Assembly: GCA_965198115.1 (NCBI GenBank)
Contig: OZ240241.1
Span: forward strand, 6,080,001 to 6,144,000
DNA length: 64,000 nt
Direction: 5' to 3'
Source of the DNA: Candidatus Latescibacterota bacterium
Lineage (GTDB): Bacteria > Latescibacterota > UBA2968
Made by a program: the position numbers and the translations under genes. The notes below the pieces were generated by a model. That model was not told the origin of the DNA. It was given only the letters and a program-made list of their open reading frames with translations, and did not search any database. Below, one piece after another: positions 30,316-40,143 of the stretch. Numbering within the stretch: position 1 is the stretch's first letter; each line of letters starts with the position of its first letter.

Positions 30316-31631
30316 TCAGGTCAACGACCCCACGTTCTCCCGATCCACGAAGGCCTCATAAATATGCGGTCTCCGCTGCATCCAGTTCGTACCACGATAG
30401 CACCCCTTATTCGACGGCCTGAACCCGTCATCCAGATCGACCGTCGCGCTCACAATGTCATCAGTCCCGTCATTCCACGCCAGCACGTGGCCCGTCCGAT
30501 CGATGATGCAGCTCCCCTCGCCGTTATTCACAGCCACCACGATGCAAAGCTGATTATCCATCGCCCTGGTCTGCATGATCCCACTGAACCGCTCGGCGTC
30601 CCACGTGTGGCTCTCCGGATGCCAAGCGCGATGGTCCCCCATGATCGGCAGCAACAGGAAATCCGCGCCGTTCAGTCCGATCATACGCGACGACTCCGCA
30701 GCCGAGCTGCCATACAGATGTTGCAGCCTATACGTCCCATGTCCGTGTCGAACACTGGAAACGACTCACCCGGTAGAATCCCCGAATCCATCTCCCGGCC
30801 GACGGCCAGGTGGACCTTGCGATAGACACCTTCGACCTCCCCGCCCGCATCAATCAGCGCCGCAGTGTTGTGCACAGCATCCTCATCCCGCTCCAGCAGA
30901 CCCAGCAGAATTTTCACACCGTGACGACGGGCAATCGACCTGAATCGCTCGACCTCCGGACTCGACAGTGGAACGGCGAGGTTGAGCGGACTGCCATCGA
31001 CACCATACTGCACGGCAATCTCCGGCAGGACAATCAGATCTGGCTCGCCTTGGGCCGCTTTTTCACTGAGCGCCGCATAGTAATCGACCTTCGCCTCGAC
31101 GGTTCGCGGGACGTCTTCGAAATTGCTTCGGATACCGGTCGCCACGGCGATCGTCGCTGCCCCTGGCCAGACCTCTGCCTCGACGACATCGATTTCGGGG
31201 AGCGTCCAATCAGAGCTCCCTTCCGTCGTCCATCGAAACGTGAAGCGCACGGAGAGCTGATCGGTCCCCTCCGGTGCCGTGAACGTGCGTTCGAATCTCA
31301 GGCTACCATCGTCCTGCGGCTCGGGCAGGAGGTAGTCCCATTCGACCACTTCTTTGCCCCTGCGACGATCCTCATCCGCGGGGACCTCGCCCCAGTAGGC
31401 GACGCACTGCAGCCGATCCCGCCATTCGTCCACATCACGGCACCTTGCGTGGGTCCGGATTCGGTAGGCTTTGCCTGGAACGGCCCCAGCATAGTTCATC
31501 TGCCAACCACCCACGCACGTCCGTGTTCCATTCGCCGCAATCGCCAGCGTATCGCCACTCCGCTCCGTCAGGGGAGCGGCCTTAGCGTGCGGCGCCCAGG
31601 ACTCGATGCTCAGCAATTCGAGTGTGCTCAT
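30316..31631 (-). CDS. Carbon-nitrogen hydrolase (nitrilase superfamily) with N-terminal extension (frameshift near 30715)
   Basis: VLPE, YRKVHL and GCNIC triad motifs; C-terminal QRRPHIY. Confidence 0.85.
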
Positions 31632-31789
31632 CGTCGACTCCCTTGTCCTTCGCGATTCCGTCAGCTCCAGCGATTCTCGTGTAGCCTCACGTCTCGCCAT
31701 CGCACCCGGAAAAATCGTGTTTCTCGCGCGAGCTGTCCAGCAACTCGGTCAGTGCGACTTCGGTGCTCGATTCTAGATACTCGATCTCC

Positions 31790-33778
31790 TCACCATCCGT
31801 GAACCCAGTGCCCCTCATCCGGAAACCAGATGAAATCCACAACCGTCGACAGTGCAACCCCGAACAGGTATCCCACGATGAATCCATACCACAGAGGCAA
31901 TGATTGTCTGTAGAGCCGTACCCCGCCGTAGCGAATGACCAGCAGTTTGCTGACCCACACGACCAGAAGGCTGAACCCGTATCGACGTACGGGGAATGCC
32001 ACCGCAGCGGGGTGAAAGGGCCACCACGTCCATCGGTTTCGAAGTTGGATCAGAATGACGGCCTGGACGAATCCTGCTCCCCAGACCGCCCATTTTCAGG
32101 ATCGAGGTGTTCGACTTTGGTCCCCTCGATGATCGGAACCATCTGTACGAGCCGAGTCCAATCCCCCAGATAGACGGGACCGTTCATCCCGCCGTCGACG
32201 TAGCCCCTGTACATCGAATCGCCGACCGTCACGGTGCAGCCCACCACGTAGGCCAGGACAGCGGCCGACCAAACGAGGGGGTTCCGTCGAAAGTGATCCC
32301 CCAACATCCTGAAGTAGTGTGGCACGGACATCGTCCCTGTCAGCCGGATCGGCATACCCGCGAGAGCGTTCCGGTTCACCATCCATATTGCCGTCAACGT
32401 ACCTGGGGACATGTTTGCCGTCCCACCCAATTGCATCCAGACGGCACCGCCCTTGTCTGCGCCGAGCCCCGCGTTTCCGCCAGGGGACAGAAAGGTGAAA
32501 CCCGTGGCCGCCGCGTATTTCGCCACTCCGAACAGGGCCACGAACATCAGTAAAAGCTGAACGACCATTGCCCAGAATTCCATCCCCGCGGCTACGCACC
32601 AGCCGGCGAGAAATAAAACGGAGCACGTCAGCCCGAGCCACGCCGTTCGATACGTGACGGGAACGCCTTCGTCCGAGGATCGGTCGAGGTCCACGGCCTG
32701 CCGAAACGTCCTCGCCAGGTGCGTCCGTGATACCCAGACCGACCAACCCACGAGAAACACGAGGGCGCCGTGCGCCTCGAGCATCAACATCTCCCCGGCC
32801 CCAACTTGCTGCCCCTGCAGCCCGATGGAGAACCCGGACCGGTTGATCAGACCTTCCTTGACGATGTTCGCGATGTTGTAGAACCAGAAACTGAAGAGCA
32901 GGTCGAGCGGGCAGAGGTAGGCCAACCCCATGATGACGGGCTGAATCCGAAGGTAGTAGTTGGGAAAGTGATAGCCGAGCGGAACGGCCATGCTGCGCCA
33001 GTGATCGAACAGCGTGATATGCGGAAGCGTGTGCACGAAGTAGCCGGCCACATTCCAGCACAGAATCCCGCCCGCGAACACGAAGCCGCCCCAGAAAAGG
33101 GGAGCATACATCACCGACGGGAGACGACGCCCTGGCTCTTCACGAAGCATATCGGCCGGGAAAGTCGCCATGGGAAACGTCAATCGTTCGATTTCGTGCC
33201 ATTGCTTGAAGAACAGCACGCTCCCGAAGAACCCCGCCATGACGATCGACATGCTCGCGGCCGACCACCAGAAGACGGGCCGCACCCACGGTTGCCAGGG
33301 AATAGCCACCTTCGGCGGAAGCCCGCTCAGAAGCCCACCGATGACCAGCGGATCAGGCTCCGGAAAAAGCCAATCGGCCAGCAGCGGTTGCACCACCTCG
33401 TCGACACGATTTTCAGGAGAGGCCAGGTAAAAGGGCGCCGAAATGTCGCCGAGGAGGTAGCCCGCCCATCCTGTCGTCGGGAGGTTGCCAACGAACCACA
33501 CCATGAAGAACACCGTCAGCATCTCAATTCTCGACAATGCTGCCCGTGGCCACACGAGTCGGAGGATCGCATTGAGCCCAATCCACGCGACGAACGGAAA
33601 TCAGTGCCGATACCGGCATGTAGTTCTTGATCAGATTCCACCCAAAGTGCGTAATGTAGAACGTCATCCCCACGATCGTCAGCACACCCAGAACGAGCGC
33701 CCGAAGGCTAATTCCTGGTTCTGCCGGTTGCGCTTCAGCGTGCGGTTGCTCGTCTATCTCAGAAATGGCCAGACTCAT
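31790..33778 (-). CDS. DUF6785/DUF6784-like (OPT-related) polytopic membrane protein (frameshifts near 33597 and 32090)
   Basis: ASPEN, IPWQPW, KQWHEIERLTFP, LDLLFSFWF, WWPFHP, RYGGVRLY. Confidence 0.75.
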
Positions 33779-33849
33779 TCAGACCATCCCCTCGCGCGGT
33801 CCACGTGATCGACGCTCGAAGTTCAATACTCATGTTTGATATTCGATTC

Positions 33850-35124
33850 TCAATGCCTTCTCACGCCCCAGCGTACTGTTAGAGCCTCGGCGCAGAACCC
33901 ACAGAACAGAGCCGTGATTCCTCGTGTGGCTCCCTCGATTGCCATCATTCCGGTTACCGTTAGTGCAACCCAGGCAGCGAAGAGCCGGGCAGGACCACTT
34001 GGCGCCAGCGCTTCCGTTTTCCTCAGAACCAAACCCCTGCCGTGGTAATACGTACGCAGACTCACGGCCAGCGGGAAGAAGGTAATGATGTAAAGGGGGA
34101 CGATACAGAGCACGGCCAGGCTGGCGCTGATACCGATCAAATCTTCCAAAATCCACGTTCGAATCGCCGGGATCCAGAACAGGGTGAAGGCCATGATGAG
34201 GCCCAAAGCGCCGCACGCGACGATAAAACGACGGACGACCCGATCGTAACCCTTTTCATTCTGAAAGGCGGGCGCCAGGCTTCGCAGTTCGTTCAGCCAT
34301 CCGTAGTGGACGTGCCCGAGGGCGTAGACCACCGTCAGTACCGCAAGGGCTTCCGTCGCATCGCTTCCCCGAGAAACGTAGAGATTGATCAGGGGGCGCG
34401 TCAGCCCTTGCATCGCCATGATGACGACCAACGGCCAGAAGAATCGGAGAATGCTCGTGTAGTCGATCGATTCACCCTCTTCGGCGAGATTCGGTCGGAC
34501 CCACACGAAATGACCGAACAGCAGCACGAGCAGTTCGACCATGACGCCACCGAGCGTCGCTGCGACAGGGAGAAAGATGGGTCGCGCCTGGACGAAGGCC
34601 GCGTCGATCATCGCGAAGATGATGCCGATCCGTACGGCGATGCCCAGCAGGCTGCTGGCGCTGACGACCTCGGTTCTCCGCACTCTAGCGAGCAGACCGG
34701 AGTAGTAACGTACCCAACCGTTGAGCAGAGGAACGGGAGACATCACCCAGAGCGCCAGCTTGACCTCGCGCGCCAGGTCCGGATCGACACGGTGGAAATC
34801 CTGGATGACCCACGTTCCCACATCCGAGCCCCCGAGGAACCCCATCAGCATCGAAAGAGACAGCCCCGAAACCGAAACACACAGGGTCACGCGTCGTAAC
34901 TGAGGTCTGTTTTCGACGAGGACAAGCCCGAGTTGACGAGCCTGAGACAGGGCGTAGGTCAGAATCGTCGTCAGTCCGAACGCCAGACCGAATGCCGCGA
35001 GGGTCTCGGTCGCGTATGGAATTCGGGCCATGCCCCCGTTGATGAACTGAAGACTCAGCTCCTGGGCTGCCATCGCCAGAACGAGTGGCAGGAGGAATCG
35101 GGCAAATGCACTGTAGAGATTCAA
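33850..35124 (-). CDS. ANKH (progressive ankylosis)-like MOP/MATE-fold transporter
   Basis: Colinear with the human ANKH sequence as recalled, e.g. [25 protein letters not shown] and [12 protein letters not shown]. Likely TTG start at 35124; the ORF track extends to 35307. Confidence 0.75.
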   Translation of the reverse strand: [424 protein letters not shown]

Positions 35125-35317
35125 TTCGAGCTCGGAAAAAGAGAAACCCGCCCGGAGGGCGGGTTGACCATCAAAATCACACGGGTCGAGCCGATCACCC
35201 GAGGGCTCGCCGAACGTTGATCGCGCAGTGTAGAAATCCTTCGTCGTTAGGGTACGTCCTGTAGGCGTCCAGATCAGGGAAATACGGGACGACGTAGAGT
35301 GCTCCAATTCCCGATGC

Positions 35318-35480
35318 TCAATTTACCAGCTCCCCCAAGTCCGCCAGGTACACTCTCCGTACTCCCTTGTCGCACCCGTTGAATACGATCTTGCGATAGT
35401 CTCTGTCCCACGCCGGATGCGGATCGATTCGCAGCTCTCGCCCGGGGCCGGGAGGGCGAGAGCTGCGTAGCGGATCCTCT
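35318..35480 (-). pseudogene. C-terminal remnant of a TolB/oligogalacturonate-lyase-like beta-propeller
   Basis: LRIDPHPAWDRDYRKIVFNG...RRVYLADL resembles a final propeller blade; no N-terminal part. Confidence 0.45.
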
Positions 35481-35486
35481 TTCACC

Positions 35487-37766
35487 TCAGAAATAGCAGG
35501 CAGGATCATCTTCAATCACACCGTCTCGTCCCTGGGAAATCGCACACAGCCGTAGCAGCGCCAGGGCGAGATCGGCGCTCCCCCCGCGGTTGCTGTAGGT
35601 TTCCCACCCAGTCAGGAACCCGTCGCGGAACCGGGGAACGGTCGGCGGACCGCACACGAACCAACCGTCACGGACGTAGCGGTCGTGAGCATATCGAGCC
35701 ATCCTCAGGGCCCCGTCGAGATAGCGTGGATTGCCCGTTGCCTCGTAGACATTGCTCCAAGCCCCGATCGCCTGTGCCAGCAAACCCGCCGAAATCGGAT
35801 AGACATCGTCCTGCTCGAACTGCGACAGCTCGAACAACGGTTCAAAACAATCGAACGACTCCAGCAGGTCCGGCTCCATTGTCACCTTGTAGGCATAGGC
35901 AAGACTGACCGCCGCTCGAATTCCCACCACTCCGCTCGCCTTCTCCGTCTCCCCGGCCTGGGGTGTCAGCTGCCAGCCATCTGTCACGCGGTCGAACAAC
36001 GGCGAACCCGTCAGAACGTTGAACGTCGCGAAAAAATGGCCACGTTCGTCGATCTCGAATCGACGCGTGAACGACCGAATGTATCCGAGCGCCTGATCGC
36101 GGAATGTCGTGTCGGTCGTGTCACCCAGCAGCCGCTGAGCGTGGAGCAGATTGACCGCCAGCCAATTCATCGGATCCAGGTGTTCCGTCCTGTTCGCCCG
36201 CTGGCGATGAGTCGGATCCTCGATCATCTCCGGATAAGCCGCATCCGCCGGGTGGGCCGCAAGAAGACCCGTCTCAGAGTTGCGGAGAGACCAGAGATAG
36301 TCGGCCATCGATCGGGCCCACGCCAGATACGTCGGCTCCTGGGTTTGCCTGTAGAGAAAAGTCCAGGCCACGATCCACGCCCCGGCCGACGAGCTCGCAC
36401 AATGAGGGGTTTCACCCGGCGGAAAGTGTCGGTTGAACGCCAGGGATCGGTCCTCGTCGATGATGTGCTTTCGAAGCGCGACGATCTGACGCCCCACGGC
36501 GACCGGGTCGATCTCGTACATACGATCCCAGAGCGGCAATGCCACCTTGAACTCCCCGTGTCCCTCGATCGCATCGTCTTCGAAAACATCGTATCCGCGA
36601 TGGTCGCCCCACGGAAAGTAGCCTGACGGCAACGGCAGGTTTTCCAGATAGTAGCTCAGGTAATCGTCAGCCGCGTCGCGGTACTTCCCATCTTCCGCCA
36701 GATCCGACAGACCGTAGAGCAACCTGAGCAATCCACCGTCGAACTGGAGGTTATTCGTCCGCGGGCCCGCTCCGCCACGCCGATCAGCCACGTATAGCGA
36801 CGTGGCCGCGTCGGGCGGTTTCTCTTCACGAATGTCGATCTGGCTCACAAACAGAGGGGTGTGGATATCGCCATAAACGTCACGACCCTTGGTGAGCAGC
36901 AGATCGGCGAACCCGATGATCGAAGCCGACCAGCTCTCAATCGGTATGCCGGATTCACCCTGGAAGACGCGATCGGTCGAAGTCAATCCGAGCAAGAGGA
37001 GCAGCACGCCCAGGGCATCCAACCAGAGGGGCTGGAAGTGGATGGGTCCCGACGGATCGCTCGTCAATCCGGGTACTTCGACACCCAACACCCCATACAA
37101 GAGAATCGGAATGCCATTGTAGAGCGCGTGGCCGAGGAGACAGGGCAGCAACGAACGAGAACGCACATACCACCAGCCGAAGATGGCGCCGACGGCAGTC
37201 GCGCCGGGAAACTGCCAGGGATTCAGATGGAAGGCGCCGAACAGAAGGGCGGAGATCAGAATAGCCCGGCCGGCTGAATAGTGGGCGAGGTATCCGCGTA
37301 GTATCACGCCGCGAAACAGACACTCCTCCGTGATCGGGGCGACGATCATGCCCACAAAAATCGAGAAAAGTATGTGGGAATCGCCACCGACCAGCCGAAT
37401 GAACGATTCGCGCATCGACTCCGGTACCGGCATCATCGACTGAATCACATTGTCGATTTCCGACACCAGGAACACGCAACCCAGGAGTGTCATCACCATG
37501 CCCGGCAAGAGGGCCGTCGGCACCGGCCGTACGGGAAGCACGAATCGCCACGCCATGCCGCTCCGACGAACGCCGAGACGTATGCCATAGCCCAATGCCG
37601 CGATGTTCACCACACTCAGGAACAGGGGATGCGTGGTCACCCACTCGGCATCCAGCCCCATCGCCGTGATCCCGATCGGGAAAGACACCAGCGTCATCAC
37701 AAAGACCACGAGCAGGAGCAGCCAGATCGACTGAGGTAGGTTGGGATAGCTGGGCGTCAGCGCCAA
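35487..37766 (-). CDS. CPBP (Abi/CAAX) intramembrane metalloprotease fused to a pectate-lyase-family-2-like helical domain
   Basis: APITEECLFRG, FGAFH, GHALYN, then TPLFV, LLYGLS...YRDAAD, FPWGDH and FNRH. Confidence 0.7.
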   Translation of the reverse strand: MALTPSYPNLPQSIWLLLLVVFVMTLVSFPIGITAMGLDAEWVTTHPLFLSVVNIAALGYGIRLGVRRSGMAWRFVLPVRPVPTALLPGMVMTLLGCVFLVSEIDNVIQSMMPVPESMRESFIRLVGGDSHILFSIFVGMIVAPITEECLFRGVILRGYLAHYSAGRAILISALLFGAFHLNPWQFPGATAVGAIFGWWYVRSRSLLPCLLGHALYNGIPILLYGVLGVEVPGLTSDPSGPIHFQPLWLDALGVLLLLLGLTSTDRVFQGESGIPIESWSASIIGFADLLLTKGRDVYGDIHTPLFVSQIDIREEKPPDAATSLYVADRRGGAGPRTNNLQFDGGLLRLLYGLSDLAEDGKYRDAADDYLSYYLENLPLPSGYFPWGDHRGYDVFEDDAIEGHGEFKVALPLWDRMYEIDPVAVGRQIVALRKHIIDEDRSLAFNRHFPPGETPHCASSSAGAWIVAWTFLYRQTQEPTYLAWARSMADYLWSLRNSETGLLAAHPADAAYPEMIEDPTHRQRANRTEHLDPMNWLAVNLLHAQRLLGDTTDTTFRDQALGYIRSFTRRFEIDERGHFFATFNVLTGSPLFDRVTDGWQLTPQAGETEKASGVVGIRAAVSLAYAYKVTMEPDLLESFDCFEPLFELSQFEQDDVYPISAGLLAQAIGAWSNVYEATGNPRYLDGALRMARYAHDRYVRDGWFVCGPPTVPRFRDGFLTGWETYSNRGGSADLALALLRLCAISQGRDGVIEDDPACYF

Positions 37767-37768
37767 GG

Positions 37769-38875
37769 CTATGCCCCGTCCAGAATGTTCAGATAAACCT
37801 CACCCGTGCGCGTCCACGAATATTCACCGTGGACATAAGTGCGTGCGTTCTCTCTGAGCGCTCGCTGTTCTTCCGGAGACAGATCCAGACACGACCGGAC
37901 TCGTTCCGCAAACGCTTCGTAGTCGCTCTCCGGAACAAGATAACCGCCCTCCCTCACGCTCTCTGTCAAGGCATCCACGTCGAACGCCACGACGGGCAGC
38001 CCTTCGTACATAGCCTCGAGAGGGGCGATCCCGTATCCCTCCACGTCGTTCGGATAAACGATGTTCGGCATGACGAACAGATCGCAGGAACGCCTCAGCA
38101 TCGTCGTCGTATCATCATCCACACGGCCCAGCACCCTCACTCGATTCCCCAGACCCAACCGGGCAACCGCCTCACGAATGGGCGCGTTTTCGGAACCCTC
38201 ACCGCAGATGACCACATAGATGTCGGGAAGTTCTGGAATCACCTGTTCGACGAATGGAACGATCCCTTTCCTCGGAATCTGACGACCGATGCTCAGAAGC
38301 ACGCGGTCTTCCCCGAACCGGATGCCGTGATCGGCCTCGAACGTGCCACGCAAGAGTTCGTAGCGATCCTCCTCGAGCGGATCGGGCTGGATCCCGTTGT
38401 AGGCGATCCGAATCCGGTTTGTCGCGACACCCGCCCTTGACGCCAGCTCTCCGGTGTTGCGGCTGACCACACAGACCTGGTCGCAGGCCAGCGTGCCACG
38501 TCGAATCAGCCCGCTGAAGATCGACTCCCCCAACGCCAACTCGGCACCGTGGATCGTCACGACCAGCCGAGCCGACGTAAAAGGCCGCAGATACGGCGCA
38601 AGACAGGCTGTCACGCCATCCGCGAAGTAAACCGCATCCGGTCGCCAGGCCAGACATCTCCATAGAGATCGTATGAAGGCAAGAGGAATGAACCAGGCAA
38701 GATGGATCAGAGGATCGGGACGGAGCGCAATCAGGTGCACGCGTCGGCCGGCATCCACAAGGTGGCGGTAGAGATGACCGACAAACCGCTGGATCCCCCC
38801 GACGCTGGGTGGGAATCTGCGCGTCAGAAACAGAATGCGCTCGGCTCTCTGGGAATCGACCAAGGTATTTCCCAT
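37769..38875 (-). CDS. GT4 family glycosyltransferase
   Basis: FPPSVGGIQ, GRQIPRKG, EGYGIAPLEA. Confidence 0.9.
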   Translation of the reverse strand: MGNTLVDSQRAERILFLTRRFPPSVGGIQRFVGHLYRHLVDAGRRVHLIALRPDPLIHLAWFIPLAFIRSLWRCLAWRPDAVYFADGVTACLAPYLRPFTSARLVVTIHGAELALGESIFSGLIRRGTLACDQVCVVSRNTGELASRAGVATNRIRIAYNGIQPDPLEEDRYELLRGTFEADHGIRFGEDRVLLSIGRQIPRKGIVPFVEQVIPELPDIYVVICGEGSENAPIREAVARLGLGNRVRVLGRVDDDTTTMLRRSCDLFVMPNIVYPNDVEGYGIAPLEAMYEGLPVVAFDVDALTESVREGGYLVPESDYEAFAERVRSCLDLSPEEQRALRENARTYVHGEYSWTRTGEVYLNILDGA

Positions 38876-38887
38876 CGGCTCCGGGGT

Positions 38888-39985
38888 TCAGGACTCTACG
38901 ATCTCCGAAAGTCGCTCCTCGAAGATCTCCCGCTCGGGTTCAGTGCCCACCGTCACTCGGAAGCATCGATCCAACGGAGGTGCACCCGGCTTTCGCACGA
39001 ATACACCACGTGACTGGAGGGCGTTCAGAATCGCCTCTGCTCGTTCACGACTGCCGGCATCGAACGTCACGAAATTCGTTCCCGATGGGAGCGTGGGCAA
39101 TCCCAACGAGGCTCCGATCCGATCGTAGTCCCTTCGCCCCGCCTCGACGCGCGTCACGACATCCTTTACGAACCCTGCATCGCCGAGCGAAGCCAGCGCA
39201 CCGGCTTGAGCGATGCGATTGACGCCGAAATGCAGACGCACTTTGTCAAAAGCCACGGCCACGTCCTCGTGGCAGATCGCATACCCCACGCGAAGTCCCG
39301 CCATTCCGTGGGCTTTCGAAAACGTCCGAAACCGGATCACACGACCATCGACGGGCCCGATCGGCGAGATTGCACCAGCCGGTGCGAACTCGGCATACGC
39401 CTCGTCCAACAGCACCGTGCACGAGGCCGGCAGCGCATCCAGCATCGACGCGATCTCCGAAACCTCACACCACGTGCCAGCCGGATTATCCGGATTGGAC
39501 AGATACAGCAGCCGCGCGCTCGACGCGTCCACCGCCTCGACGAGTGCCTCGAGGTCATTCCGATCCTCGCGATAGGGTCGTGTGACCAGTTCGCAGCCGA
39601 ATCCGTTCACGTGGTAAACGAACGTGGGGTAGGCGCCGAAAGAAGCGACCACCGCATCCCCGGCCTCCACGAAGAGACGCACGGCAAGTCCCAGAAGATC
39701 GTCGATACCGGCACTGACCGCGATTTCCTCGGGTCGAACACCGTGGTGGATCGACAGAGCCACCTTGAGGTCGTGGTTCTCCGGATCGTTGTAGTGGCAC
39801 ACGCGTGACGCTTCTGCTCGCATCGCATCCAGCGCCACGGGGGAGACACCGAACGCACTCTCGTTCGCTCCCAAACGGGCATCGAATCGTCGTCCCATAC
39901 GTCGCTCGATCGCCTCGGGGCCCACGAAAGGAATCGTCGCAGGCAGGGCGCTGACGATCGGCGTAAAGTTACGTTTATCAAACAT
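38888..39985 (-). CDS. Class I/II PLP aminotransferase (histidinol-phosphate aminotransferase-like)
   Basis: LGANES, NPDNPAG, DEAY, RTFSKAHGMAGLRVGY. Confidence 0.88.
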   Translation of the reverse strand: MFDKRNFTPIVSALPATIPFVGPEAIERRMGRRFDARLGANESAFGVSPVALDAMRAEASRVCHYNDPENHDLKVALSIHHGVRPEEIAVSAGIDDLLGLAVRLFVEAGDAVVASFGAYPTFVYHVNGFGCELVTRPYREDRNDLEALVEAVDASSARLLYLSNPDNPAGTWCEVSEIASMLDALPASCTVLLDEAYAEFAPAGAISPIGPVDGRVIRFRTFSKAHGMAGLRVGYAICHEDVAVAFDKVRLHFGVNRIAQAGALASLGDAGFVKDVVTRVEAGRRDYDRIGASLGLPTLPSGTNFVTFDAGSRERAEAILNALQSRGVFVRKPGAPPLDRCFRVTVGTEPEREIFEERLSEIVES

Positions 39986-40143
39986 TTAGCATCCGGAGCT
40001 GAGGGGTTTCAGAGCCGCTAAGTAAACGCCGAACATCTCCCGCTGCAACCGTGTTGTTTGGTCATCATCCTCCAAATCGGTTAGGTTTGCTCCGATCGGC
40101 CCTTCGCACTTCATGATCCCAAAATCCTCGATCTCCATTCCAA

